NCBI GenBank assembly: GCA_951406725.2 | Contig: OX597820.1 | Location: 108,252,001 to 108,316,000, forward strand | From: Octopus vulgaris | Taxonomy: Eukaryota | Direction of reading: 5' to 3' | Length of the DNA stretch: 64,000 nt | In this document: piece after piece, positions 1-12,658 of the stretch | Layout: every line of letters begins with the position of its first letter | Numbering within the stretch: the stretch's first letter is position 1 | Notes under the pieces: model-generated | What the model saw: only the letters and a program-made list of their open reading frames with translations | Told to the model about the DNA's origin: nothing | Databases searched by the model: none | Made by a program: the position numbers and the translations under genes

Positions 1-1289
1 AGTAGCCAGACTTCACGTAATAGGTTCTTCTAGCTCGTTCTGGAACATTTCAGTACAAGGGTTATGTAAAGGCTTGTTTTTAGCATCAACTTTCAGTGAA
101 TGGTAACCTGAAGTCCAGCTCCAAACACTCTCTTGTCATTTATAATAGTTTTTTCATGACTTTCTGCTCAACCTGGATATGTTATAATAGTTGACCAATA
201 TCAATATACTGTATATTCTCTCCTGTCCTGGCAAACTTCAGTACAGATGATGAATGCTGCACAATTATTCTTTCAATAGTGTTGACTTGCTGTGGAAACT
301 TTATAATTCATGACCAATCTGAAAATATTACTTGTGAAGCAAAATAAAATTTACTATTAAATGTTTGCATGGTGTTGATACATCATCCACACACAGCCTC
401 ACATGTATACCCTCCAAACAACATTGGTGACCTATGACAAAGCTAACGCTTAGTTATCATGGCTACTTATTGACCTGAATCATGAATTACTTCTACATGC
501 CTGCAACAATATATACATAAAGTCCTGTTGACCTTCTTGACAACTCATTTTGAATGCTTTTTTTCATTCAGGAAAGCGTAACTTAAGTCATTTAAAACCC
601 TAAAGACTGAGAAAGGTAAAACAAGGGTGCAAGAAGCCAACGGCATCTTTTCCTTACAGCCACTTTCCACCACCATATCAAGTAACCACTATTGGCTACA
701 AGTCACACTTTCATTTTTCCTCAAAATAGCAGTTAAATCTACATGGCAACAGTATAATAAGTTTTACCAGCTCAAAAATAACCAGTATTTTTGTCTTTCT
801 ATAATTTTTAATTTCTTAACAACACTGTTATAGCGTCTTCTCCTGTTCTTTCAATTTCCCCAGAAACTAGCAACAGTCTAACAAAGCAGGCAGCATTACT
901 GATTGCATCACTACCTTGCCCAGGGGACCCATCGATTTGGTTTTTGCAACATGAAGCCAAATTTGCAGCTAACAAGATATCCTCTGATGCATGACAGTTC
1001 CATATACAAGTCAGTGTTTTGCCACCAGCTTTGAGCAGCAAAGTTAAAGACTTGATCACCGCTCATATAAAAGTATGAAGGCAGAAATTATGAGATGTAC
1101 TTCTATGTTCAAGCAAAAGAGATTCCATTAACTCCTCCATAAGGGAACCCTAAGCAGCAAACAACCTTCTCAACTATTGAGAAAAATGTGGGATTTGGTA
1201 GAAGACAAACCAACTTAATGAATCTATGTTACGGCAGCTTTTTTTTTCCCCACCTTCCACATAATGCACAAGCTATTCTGACAGCGTGG

Positions 1290-1810
1290 AATATGGCCTA
1301 GTCACCCATATAGATAATCAGGTTGTCCATGAGGGAGTCATATCCAACAACTGGTGAAGCAACAACTACAAAGGTAAAAGTGATACCTTAGATAGAAATA
1401 ATTAAAGAAGTATCAAATTGCTGGACCAAGTGATGAAAGTTACAGCAATAGCCATAGCTCAATTAATTAGGAAGAGAGTTAATCTAGATGAGATACAGTT
1501 TGGTTTTGTGCCAAGAAGAAGCACTACCGATGCTATCTTCCTGGCAAGACAGCTGCAGGAGAAGTATTTGGCCAAAAACCACTGTATTTAGCTTTTGTTA
1601 ACACGGGGAAAATCTTTGACAGGGTCTCTTGCTCCCTTATCTGGTGGGCAATGTGGATGGTAGGTGGTTAGCATTAAGAAGGATATCTGGCTATAGAAAC
1701 CAAGCCAAAACAGACAAATGGAGCATGGGCAGCTCTGCAGCTGGCCAACTCCTGTCAAACCATCCAACTCATGCCAGCATGGAGAACGGATATTAAATGA
1801 TGATGATAAG
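1290..1810 (+). mobile_element. RTE LINE fragment (RT piece plus (GAT)n 3' tail) inserted in the Gypsy gag
   Basis: Degenerate match to the RTE copy at 35697-39055 (LDQVMKVT, DEIQFGFVP motifs), with the shared tail ending atgatgatga. Confidence 0.8.
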
Positions 1811-2263
1811 AGAGCAGGGTTCTATTAACTAGCTAGTGGAGCTAGCACACAGTATTATGGATATTTCTTCTCCAAATACAAACAGTACCAAAACTTATCC
1901 TTTTGTGTCTTCAATACCCTCTGGACTGGCCTTGTTCTGCAAGTCAACTGATGAGACAATACAAGTTCTAATGGACAAGCTCGAGCAGTTTGAGCTTCCA
2001 AGATTCCATCAGTACTTGAATTCTTATGGCCAGAGAATTTTGAGAAAGTGATTTTATAGCCCTCAAAAAATTCTTTATCTTTCTGTTAGTATTACAGTCA
2101 TTTCGGAATGAATGTGCACAAGCATATCTCTCCTTGCACTTTTAAGTCATCTACTCAAGACCAGTAAAACATTGTTGCCAGAGATTAAACACAACTAAAT
2201 CTCTGGATGGATTATCAGCCTGTTGTATCATCTTCACTTATGACACCATCTCCAGGCAATATT

Positions 2264-2498
2264 TATTTCTTTACTACCCACAAGGGGCTAAACACAGAGG
2301 GGACAAACAAGGACAGACAAAACGGATTAAGTCAATTCCATCGACCCCAGTGCATAACTAGTACTTAATTTATCGACCCCGAAAGGATGAAAGGCAAAGT
2401 CGACCTCAGCGGAATTTGAACTCAGAACGTAACGGCAGACGAAATACGGCTTCGCATTTTGCCCGGCGTGCTACCGTTTCTGCCAGCTCGCCGCCTTT
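2264..2498 (-). mobile_element. Full-length tRNA-derived SINE (Meta-domain-like core) with 11-bp target-site duplication
   Basis: On the minus strand it has an A-box-like head (ggcggcgagctggcagaa), a B-box (gagttcaaattc) and the core gcctttcatcctttcggggtcgataaattaagtac. It is flanked by CAGGCAATATT at 2253-2263 and 2499-2509. Confidence 0.9.
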
Positions 2499-3308
2499 CA
2501 GGCAATATTAGTTGACACTGGAGCAGCCAGTAGTATATGGCCTGTCAAACTTCTGATTCATTAAAACCACCTGCCATAGCAATGCAAGCCATAAATCATT
2601 CACCAATCACTACTTTCGGCAAAAAATTTTTAGCACTGGAGCTAAAGGCAACAGTTCAAATGGATATTCATCACTGCCAACCTTCTGTATCCTATTCTTG
2701 ATGCCAACTTTTTACTTCTTGCATCATTTTGGTCTTGTCAGTTTGAAGCACAGGCAACTGATAGATATGCAAACCAAGCTATCAGCACAGAGTATGTATT
2801 CAAATCTTTATGTGAGTCTGCTTTTCTTTGTTCCATTTGCATATAACCATTATCATGAGTCTTCAGAAATTTCCAAGTATCACTCCTACTGTTTTTAATA
2901 ACAAGAGTCCAGTACATTCTGTTACTCATCATTTTATTACAAAGGGACCTCCTGTTCTCGTCTCATCCCAGACATCTTACCATAAACAAGCTTAAAATTG
3001 TAAAGGGAGAATTTGGTCTTATGTTGGAATAATCCGACCTTCTGGTAGTAACTGTTTCTCACTGCTACATTTAGTCAAAAAAAAGTCTGGGGCAATTGGC
3101 ATCCTTGTAGAGACTACAGGCAGTTAAATGCCTTAACAGTTCCAGATAAGTATCCTATTCCACATATTTTAGACATGACTGTACTGTCTTTTTGAATATT
3201 GATTTAGCATTTCCTTACAACTAAATTCTGATTGCGCCACCTGACATTCCTAAGACAGCTATAACTACCCATTTTAGACATTTTGAATTTATTAAAATAC
3301 CCTTCAGA

Positions 3309-3701
3309 GGAATCAAATGCAGCATGCAAGAGAGGAAACTATGTTGGTTTGGACATGTGATGCATATGAATGAAGACACCTGTATAAAGAGATGTTGGTC
3401 AACGAAAGTGGGTGGTACCTGTGAAAGATGGAGACTCAGGAAGACATGGGCTGAAGTGGTGAGGAGCAATTTCAGGATGTTGGAGTTCACAAAGAAAATG
3501 ACAATGGAAGGGATGTCTAGTGATATGAGGTTCTAGAGAAGACTTGCCCATGTCAGTGAACCTGACACATAACAAAAAAAATTTTCACACACTCTACCCC
3601 AACAAACCAGAAACATGGTGCAGGCTCCTGCATGGGCAACTCCTGTCAAACCATCCAACCCATGCCAACATGGAAGGAGGGTATTAAATGATGATGATGA
3701 A
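3309..3701 (+). mobile_element. RTE LINE 3' fragment inserted in the Gypsy RT
   Basis: ORF 3324-3536 (LCWFGHVMHM...RKTWAEVV) matches the RTE C-terminus and the element ends in (GAT)n. Possible 6-bp TSD ttcaga at 3303-3308 and 3702-3707. Confidence 0.8.
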
Positions 3702-3919
3702 TTCAGATTTTGTAATGCAGCTAATACTTTTCAAAGGTTTATTGATGAGTTCATTTGTGGTTTGCAATTTGTTTTTGCCTACACTGATGATTTAGCTGTA
3801 CAGACAAGCAACATTTTCTTAATTTGGAATAACTTTTTACTCAATTATCACAATTTGGTGTAAGAATTCATCCTAATAAATGTCTATTTGGCATTCTTTC
3901 CATCACATTTTTTGGTGTG

Positions 3920-4123
3920 GGTGCTGGTGTCACCCAATACATTCTGTGGAGTGGTTGGCATTAGGAAGGGCATCCAGCTGTATAAACCAAACCAAAACAG
4001 ACTATGGAGCCTGGTGTGGCCCCTGTACTTGTCAGTTCCTGTCAAGCCATCCAAACCATGGAAAACAGACATTAAATATTGATGATGGTGGAAAACAGAC
4101 ATCAAATATTGATGATGATGATG
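3920..4123 (+). mobile_element. RTE-type 3' tail fragment
   Basis: Contains gagtggttggcattaggaagggcatccagctgt...gatgatgatg, the tail shared with the RTE at 38880-39055. Confidence 0.75.
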
Positions 4124-4374
4124 TGTTGTTATATGCACATATCAAAGCAAGCAACATATATACTCAGCATGTTTCAGGGCAGAATTTGTAATATTAAATA
4201 TCATATAAGTCTGAAAATAAATAACAAACATAAACACACTTATATTCATTAGAAACAATTATTATTGAGAGATATAAGATATTAAAGATTACTAAACTTA
4301 GCAGGAAGATGTTTACCCCTACCTCACCCCTTTCTGTAATATTTCAGCCTTGGCGTCTTTTGCAAACCTTTTTA

Positions 4375-4733
4375 ATCTTTTATCTTTTGATTCATTCATT
4401 AGATTGCAGCCATGCTGAGGCACTGCCTAAAAGAAATTTACTCAAACTTATATCAACCCTAGTACATATTAATTTTTGTAAAGCTCAGTACTTGTTCTAT
4501 TGGTTTCTTTGCCAAACTGCTAAGTTATAGAGGCGTAAACACACCAACATCAGTTGTCAAATGGTGGTGGAGGACAAACATAGATATACATATATATGAC
4601 AAGTTTCTTTCAGTCTCCGTCTAAGAAATCCACTCACAAAGCTTTAGTTAGCCCAAGGTTATAGTAGAAGTCACTTGCTCAAGGTACCACACAGTGGGAC
4701 TGAACCATGCCTACACATGCAGCCATGCCTGCA
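4375..4733 (-). mobile_element. CORE-like tRNA-derived SINE with internal (AT)n tract
   Basis: Reverse complement matches the family seen at 32866-33030 (5' half) and 40045-40255 (3' half), including the CORE-like accttgagcaagtgactt. Confidence 0.8.
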
Positions 4734-4799
4734 CGTTTTTAAAAATTATGCAGATATTTGAAGAATCAGACACCGATGTGTAGAGTTCTGATCAAAAGA

Positions 4800-6485
4800 C
4801 TCCATTTTACCAGTCGTAACATTTGATATTTTCAGATTTTTTTTCAAATTTGAGTTCTACAAAGTCCATCTTGTACAGTTAAACGAGAAAAAAAAATATT
4901 TAATTGAAATTTTTTTATCGCCTGTCTGAAATTCTCAAATTTTGGGGGGTAATTCGGGACAAACTATAAATAAAAATCATTTGGAAGATACATAAGGTAT
5001 TATTTTCAGATAAACAAAATAATTATTTGGAACAATATAAAAAAGAAGCAATATTTCATTAGGAACAAACAAAAATAGGACATCATTCAGGTAAACAAAA
5101 TGGGGAAATTTAGGATAAACTTAAGAAGATTTAGGAAAAAACTTTTTTGTCATTGTGAGAAATTTTCTGAAAATATCAAAACTAAAAAAAAAGTTACGAC
5201 CGGTGAAATGGTGTACTTCAATCATATGTATTGTAATAAAGGTAATAGGAAGTAGTGTACATTGCTGGATTTCGGATCACGACACTCACATAAGTTGGAT
5301 TTTATCCATTTTGACGGGGATTTTCCCAATTTCTTTTCACCACGGTCTTCGAAATGATAAAGACCATCCTTTTATGAAAAAAAAATTGGGGAAATTTATG
5401 ATTTTTTTCCCCACCTCCCTCGATTGATTTCGGCCAACTGTTTTGAAAACCATTACGTAAAGTCTTTTCAGTGGAAAAAAAACGTATTTTCAAACGAAAA
5501 GGTGTGATTGATATACGGGAAATTTAGCTGTTGTTTCTAGCACATCCCATGACCATCTTCCTCGTCTCTTTTGTCACTTGCACATGTATTGATGTTTTTC
5601 AATATTTTTCTCCCCATAAACACATTTATGCTTTTAAAAATACAACTGAAAATTTGTAATCTTTTCAAAAAATTGTTTATAATATTGAAGAGACTAAGAA
5701 AGTTGTCCAGTGATTTAACAAAGGCATGTAAAATAATTTATTTTGATAGTATACGTCTCTGTTAGTAAATGATTTTTCTAACACATGGCCTCGTTTGGTT
5801 TGGGGGATGGTTAAAAATAAAAATTATATATTTGTGCGTGCTTATATATCAGCAATGTACCACGCATTTGTTACTTCATTCCATAAAATGCGCTTATGGG
5901 AAGAAAATATTCTTTTCTACTCTAGGCACAAGGAACGAAATTTTTGGTGAGCGAGGGGGACAGTCGATTGGATCGACCCAGTACGCAACTGGTACTTAAT
6001 TTATCGACCCCGAAAGGATGAAAGACAGTCGACCTCGGCGGAATTTGAACTCAGAATGTAAAGACAGACGAAAATTGGAAAGAAATTATTGCAAAGAATC
6101 AATATGTGTGAGTGACAAAGAAACGAAGAAGGTGATTGTGAGATATGCTAGAAACAACAATTATATATTTTGTGTTTTATTTACTTTGCTAGGTAGTCGT
6201 TATAGGATCGACTAGTCACGACTAGCTAACGCGAGTGCGCGCACCGGGACCACACTTCTTAAATAGTACCGCTTTTCCCGCGGTTTTTAAGTGTGTAGCA
6301 CAAAAAAGAAAGTCGGGGTGGATAAAAACCATAAATTTTCAAAAAATTTCATTTCATAAAAAGATGCATCAACACCCCCACCCTACCAACGTTTCGAAGG
6401 CCGTAGTGAAAAGAATTTGGAAAAATCCTCGTCGAAAAGGAGAAAATCCAACTTAGGTGGACGTCCTGACCCGAAACTCCGCCGT
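4800..6485. repeat. Two diverged inverted-repeat pairs (about 4800-4835/5168-5210 and 5265-5420/6312-6485), probably old MITE or DNA-transposon ends
   Basis: ccattttaccagtcgtaac...gatattttcaga is reverse-complementary to tctgaaaatatc...gttacgaccggtgaaatgg. ORFs 5302-5493(-) and 6235-6456(+) translate to similar text (SKTVVKRNWENPR / SKAVVKRIWKNPR). Confidence 0.55.
5910..6075 (-). mobile_element. Meta-domain-like tRNA SINE, 5'-eroded
   Basis: Same core as 2264-2498 and same 3' tail as 46807-47020. Confidence 0.8.
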
Positions 6486-7279
6486 AAATAAGATTTGATA
6501 AAATATAAGAGGGGGCAGAGAACATTTTTCATTGAAAACCTTTACAATATATATGGATCCCATTATTTGTGGCAATGGATATTGTCTAGAGTTGGTCGGG
6601 GTTAATAAAAACTACAAATGAAGTAGCGAAGAGGCATAATTTAATTTTAGTCTCCAGAAAAAGATGTACAAGTTTTTGTGAAGGAATATATGTTTAGTTA
6701 AGATATCATCAACCCAACCAAGTAACCAGTCGCTCGAACTGCGAGAATAGCAGTGAAATGTCTTCCATAAGACTTTAAAAAAGAGGAATGCAATGAAATA
6801 AGGTAGTCGCGCTATTTGAACAGCAACGTACGATAGAAGTCCACCCAACACACTTTTTCTTTTGGTGGGGGAGGTTGAAAGGATGTTGTAGTGAGAGAAA
6901 ATGTTATAACAGAGGTAAATGCTTAAGTTTATCTGATTTGCTGGTAGCTTCCCATTTACACTACAGCATTTCGCTATTAACAATTAATTCAAAATTCGAG
7001 CAAAGTCAGGATAAGATGGTCACAGCTGGAAAGGTTTTTGACTATAGGTTTGCTCGAACAGTAAAAATCTGATTAGGGGGGGAGGGTAAATAAATTTGAA
7101 ACTTAAAACTGAACATGCACACCTTAAAATATGAAATTGACGACAACTACGCGTATAGCTTTCGTATGTAAACATATAAGCAATTTTACAGAAGAGAAAA
7201 TATATATGGTGCAATGGGCTCCTTTTTACAGAGGAAGACAAACTATATATAGCGCATGCTTCAGTTTCGAACATTAGCA

Positions 7280-7425
7280 CAATTTCGAGGGAGGGAGGAA
7301 GTCTATTTCATCGATCTCAAGTACTCAGCTGGTACTTATTTTATCAACACTGCAAGGGTGAAGGACAAAGTCGACCTCGGCGGAATTTGAATTTGAAGTC
7401 GAACAAAATGCATTTTGCCCGGCGT
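7280..7425 (-). mobile_element. Degenerate Meta-domain-like SINE fragment
   Basis: Contains ggtacttattttatc...aaagtcgacctcggcggaatttgaa, matching the family core. Confidence 0.7.
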
Positions 7426-7581
7426 CATATGGGGTACCGGATAGAGTAATAAAATCTAACTTCTTTCGGGCGATTGCAACAAAAGTCACCAAAGTGAAAT
7501 AAGTAACTATTATCAAAGCTATAACTTTTTTTTTAAATACAAGTTAAAAACTGAATTACCATCTGTATTATAAATACTCAC

Positions 7582-7612
7582 CGACATACACAACACGTTT
7601 GTTAGTCGCCAT
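7582..7612 (-). CDS. PPIE: First coding exon of peptidyl-prolyl isomerase E (cyclophilin-33, RRM plus cyclophilin)
   Basis: Minus strand reads aaaATG GCG ACT AAC AAA CGT GTT GTG TAT GTC G|GTGAGT = MATNKRVVYV(G), closely matching the PPIE N-terminus MATTKRVLYVGG. It has a good start context and a consensus phase-1 donor. Later exons were not found in the window. Confidence 0.8.
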
Positions 7613-7700
7613 TTTGCCACCGTAAAGTCACGTGACCAGATGGCCGACATTCGTGACTTTCCATTTTACCGCGTAGCTTAATCGGTAGAATTCATTGAAA
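7613..7700. promoter_or_regulatory. CpG-rich TATA-less promoter/5'UTR of PPIE, possibly bidirectional
   Basis: Perfect palindromic E-box GTCACGTGAC at 7627-7636. YY1-like motifs cgccatttt (over the ATG) and agatggccg (7638-7646). Local CpG enrichment by eye. Confidence 0.55.
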
Positions 7701-8107
7701 TAAGATTTTGATTAAATAAAGAACTAGTGCATCTAACTAAAAAAATATTTCCGAGTGTAGACAGGTTGGAAAAAATGCTTGAATATCTGGATATCTAGTC
7801 AAAAGATGATGTGATTATTTTTTTTTTTAATATCATGATTTAATCTTCAAATATTTGTCAAAATGACTACAATTATAAAAAAACAGGTAGATATATTCTC
7901 TCTTCCTTATAATAGTAATAATATTACCAAATGTGAAGACCTATGATAAAGCAGGAGTTTTACATGGATCAGAAAAGTGCTATGTCACAATTCTGAGAAA
8001 TATTTCTATAGAATGATTTTTTTTTTATGTCACATACTGGTAGTAACATTAAGGAATTCTCAGACGATCTTTTACTTGAAATTTAAACCTTATATAATAA
8101 TAACTGA

Positions 8108-8260
8108 GTCATCATTATCATCAATTAATATCTATCTTCCTTACTAACATGGATTGGCTGGTTTAACAGGATCCAATGAACTCCAATGTCTGTTTTGACA
8201 TGGTTTCTATGGCTTGATGCCTTTCCTAATCCCAACCACTTTAAAGAGTGTACTGGCTGA
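8108..8260 (-). mobile_element. Degenerate RTE-type 3' tail
   Basis: tcatcattatcatc...gatgcctttcctaatcccaaccact is the reverse complement of the RTE tail. Confidence 0.6.
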
Positions 8261-9691
8261 CCCATCGACTGAATGGGGTTGTAGTAAAGTGGGAGGTAGC
8301 TATATGCCAGTTGCAGGAAAGGCTAAAGTATGGTAGAAGTGACAGGAACAGGTGTCTTACTGTACTCTCATGTTACAAGAAGGTGAATATGGAGAAAGGA
8401 CTAGGTGGAGTGGATGGATAAGTTCATAGAAGTGTGACAGGTAGTTAGAGATAAGAGTAGAAGTTAATGTTGTGAAGGATGGATATGTGGTCAATAATAA
8501 ATATTAGTATGTTGGGGGAGGCAAAAGAAATAGTTGTTCAGGAAGGAGGAGGTGATAAGTGATGATTCAAGAAGGGTGGGAAGCAGCAGAATAAAAAAGC
8601 TTGTTGGTAGGTCGGAAAACAGGAAGATGATGGGCAGGATGGAAGGGTGGTGGCAGAGAGAAAGAGAAAGCTGGGTATCAAGGGTTTGCAGAGGAAGTTA
8701 TAATGAATAGGGGACAAAAACAGGAAGGCCATCAATAGGTGTTAAGAATGATACCAGATAAGAGAGGGTGTTAAGGATGAGATATGGCAGTCTTAAGACA
8801 TAGCTCAGAGATTACTGGAAACACAGAAAGGGATGATTGGTGGAATATTGTAAATATTGCCAAAAAAAAAAAAAAAAGTAACTTGGAAATTTTACGCATA
8901 TATTCTAAAATACAGTTCTATGTATACTTCAATGAAGTAGTTCCAGGGAGAGAGGGAGGTAACTGAAGCACAAAAATGGGATAAAATATTGGTTTTTATT
9001 TACCATTACAAGATAAACAACTTATAAAGCTTATTAGTAGTTCTCAAGAAATTTCTGGTTATCATAGACAATTTACTACTTACTAAGTGATGTGAAAGGA
9101 TATAAAAGCTTGGAAGAAATGTGTCATTGCAGATCTAGTTGGCATTGGTATTTGGTTGCTTCTGTGAAGGTTGTTGGGTGAAAAGAAGAGATTTGTTAAA
9201 TCTCTGACATCACTGAAACAAGCCATGTTGCCTCTTAACAGGTGACAAGTAAAGGAGGAAGAATTCTATTTAATATTTCATGCATATTCTAGTCTCATAC
9301 AATTACAGTAGCTGAACAATGCTTTAGTTAGAAAACTGAGAAGATACATAGTAAGAAGGTAAGAGGTAGGGGGAAGGCTTGACAAGAACAGATTGGGTGC
9401 AAAGCTGGGCCTACTGTGTGTGTAGACATAAACAATGCTTTTAGATCCTCACTTTTGTTGAGATATATGGGCCTTCATATATCACCAATCATCTCAGTCC
9501 TTTGTCATTTCTGTATGGTGGAATCTTCAAGTGTTTTGAAGCATGAGTATCTTCAGCCTTCTTTCCATTCATTTTATTGCTTTGTCTTTTTATAAAAAAT
9601 TTGGAAATTTTGCAGCAGAGGTGTCAGCATTGTCTCTCCCTCACCCAAACAAATTAGTTGGAATATTTTAGATTATTAAGAACAAACAGAA

Positions 9692-11528
9692 CTGCTAGAT
9701 CAGGTGATGAAGGTCACGGAGAGGGTCATAGCCCATCTCATCAGGGAGAGAGTCTGCTTAGATGAGATGCAGTTCGGTTTTGTGCCGGGTAGAAGCACCA
9801 CTGATGCCATATTCCTGGTTCGACAACTGCAGGAGAAATACCTAGCTAAAGATAAACCCCTATACTTAGCTTTTGTGGATTTGGAGAAAGCCTTTGGCAG
9901 GGTTCCCTGATCCCTTATCTGGTGGGCGATGCGGAAACTGGAGATTGACAAATGGTTAATAAGGGCTGTACAGGCCCTATACAGAGAGGCTATTAGTAAG
10001 GTTAGGATTGGCAATGAGTATAGTGAAGAATTCATCATAGTACTCCAGGCAATAACAGAGAAATTCAAGATAGGTTGCCCCTGGGAGCTCCTCTATGCTG
10101 ATGACCTGGCCCTCATAGCAGAATCACTACCGGAACTAGAAAAGAAATTTCAGGTGTGGAAGCAAAGTTTAGAATCAAAATGCCTTAGAGTCAATATAGC
10201 AAAGACCAAAGTTATAGTAAGTAGGAAGGTGAACTCATCACACATCCCCTCAGGTAGGTGGTCCTGCTCGATCTGTAGAAAAGGTGTAGGTAGAAACTCC
10301 ATAAGATGTACCCAGTGTAAGCTATGGATGCATAAGAGGTGCAGCAACATCAAAGAAAAACTAACCAAGAAGATAGCTTTCTTGTGCAGCAGATGAACAG
10401 GGGCAATAGACACCACAGATACTCAGAAAACAGATTCCATCACACTCCAGGGGGAGAAACTAGAAGTAGTTGATAGTTTCCGCTACCTAGGTGACCAAGT
10501 TAGTAGTGGAGGTGGATGCTCAGGGAGTGTCACCTCTAGAATAAGAATAGCCTGCACAAAGTTTAGAAAGCTTCTACCCCTACTGGTGACAAAGGGTCTC
10601 TTGCTCAGAGTGAAAGGTAGATTGTACGACACGTGTGTGAACTGCCATGCTTCATGGCAGTGAAAGATGAACCATGACTGCAGAGGACAAGCATAGGCCT
10701 GAAAGAAATGAAGCTAGCATGATCCATTGGAAGTGTATTGTCAGTGTGACCACACGACAGAGTGTAAGCGCCCTGAGAGAAATGCTGAACATAAGAAGCA
10801 TTGGATGTAGCGTGCAAGAGAGACATTTGTGCTGGTATGGTCATGTACTACGGATGGAGGAGGAGAGGTGTGAAGAAGTGCCACTCCCAAACAGTTGAAG
10901 GAATCCAGGGTAGAGGTAGACCCAGGAAAACATGAGATGAGGTGGTCAAGCATGACCTTCGAACGTTGGGCCTCACAGAGGCAATGACGAAAGACTGAGA
11001 CCTCTGGAGATATGCTGTGACTGCGAAGACCTGACAAAAAATGTGAGTTCATGACTGTTTCCTGCACCAGCTTCACATAGCAGCCCCGACCCATCCAAAG
11101 TACCTTGGATTGCAGGACGGCCTGCTGTGCTTACCTTGGGTTGTAGGGCAACCTGCTGTGCTTGAGGAGACCTATTGAGTCAAGTACATCAATATCAAAA
11201 TAAAAATCAAATGGAAATTGTAGTTGTGATACTCGTGCTGGTGGCTCGTAAAAAGCACCATCCGAACATGGCCGATGCCAGTGCTGCCTTGACGGGCTTC
11301 CATGCTGGTGGCATGTAAAAAGCATCAACCGTTTGTGGCCTCCGCTGGCACGTAAAAGGCGCCCACTACAATCACGGAGTGGTTGGCATTAGGAAGGGCA
11401 TCCAGCTGTAGAAACACTGCCAGATCAGACTGGAGCTTGGTGCAGCCTCTTGGCTTCTCAAACCCCAGTGGAACCACCCAACCCATGCTAGCAAGGAAAA
11501 TGGACATTAAACGATTATGATGATGATG
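9692..11528 (+). mobile_element. 5'-truncated, disrupted RTE LINE (RT, PHD finger, C-terminus, 3'UTR with tandem units and (GAT)n)
   Basis: ORFs 9704-9910, 9929-10396 (LLYADDL; CSICRKGVGRNSIRCTQC) and 10674-10898, broken by stops and frameshifts. Ends in the family tail. Confidence 0.92.
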
Positions 11529-12658
11529 AAATACAAATCTTATATTTTCAACAGAGATCTAGTATTAATTTAGTAATGGATTTTCTTGATTCTTATTTTT
11601 AATTGAGTTTGTTGTACAAGTTCTAATTTTTAATAGACTATTTGAATAAAGTATTGACTTATTGAATAAAGTACCAATTTGAGTGAGAATCTAAATGTAT
11701 TAGTAATCTTTTTCTTTCCTTGCTGGAAGGGTCAGTGACTGTGATAGCCTCTCTCCAAGACTAGTGAGATGTTCCATTTAAACTATTGCATGTCAGCACC
11801 TGCAGAAAAAACACCAGCAGGTGGGGAGAGTTCCAGAGGTTTCATGTTCTGGGGGAAGATGGAATTGTTTGTGTGGGAAAGACCTGGAGGTTCAGACAAC
11901 ATGGGTGATGAGTTGAGAAGAGAAAGGCAAGCTGAGTGTGTCTGTATGGAAGTGACAGGAAACAAGTCAATTCCAAGGAACAGATGCCATTATAAAAGCA
12001 GTAGTAAAGGTATCATTTATGCCAATCACCCTTATAACCTTTCCCTGAACTGGATGCAGTTGACTTAAAATGACCATGTCCTTCAATGGTAGAAATCATT
12101 TAGTTCAATTAACTCTTTCAATTGTTTTTAATTTCGTAATACAGGAGGCTTACACTAAAATTCGTCAATGTGGACAAAAATATTTTCCATTTTTGTGTGC
12201 CAGATTATCAACATACAGCTAAATAGAATCTAGTTTGAATAGATCTGCCAATGTAAAAATATTTCTCACTCCTCAGTTCTCCTTTTCTTTAAGCACTATA
12301 CTTACAATAATCTATCTTCCACAATTATTCACAGAGTATCACTTTCGTCAACTACTACATCTAATCCATTGTGGATTATATCTGAGTTGGTCATGTCCCT
12401 TAATTCTGTGATTGAAAACAAGTAACTCTAGTAAAGTCATATTTACAGTAAGAATACAAAAAAATTAAATCAAGATAAAAGTTTTGTTTGTAAATGAGCA
12501 TAGAGATGTGGATAGAAATATCTTCACCAAATCTCAGTGACATCCAGGAATGTTTTTGTGTAACGTGTTTAGTAAATGTTTCATGTTATAAAGGTCTGTC
12601 ACTACTATATGTCCATGTAATTAATCCTTTATTGTTAAAAACATTTGTGTTGGAATTA

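Larger units (their letters stand above)
1060..3916 (+). mobile_element. Fossil Ty3/Gypsy LTR retrotransposon internal region (gag-protease-RT), interrupted by three younger insertions
   Basis: Manual translation across frameshifts gives gag-like KQPSQLLRKMWDL...MLRQLFF (~1160-1250) and VELAHSIMDISSP (1836+). Protease LVDTGAASSIWP (~2508-2543) follows, then RT motifs [41 protein letters not shown]...YTDDL and IHPNKCLFG. LTRs not recognised. Confidence 0.85.

Noticed and set aside
2400-2498. tRNA genes at SINE heads (also 46807, 32866, 44098)
   Set aside because: A/B boxes continue into SINE cores and tails, and no complete cloverleaf was seen.
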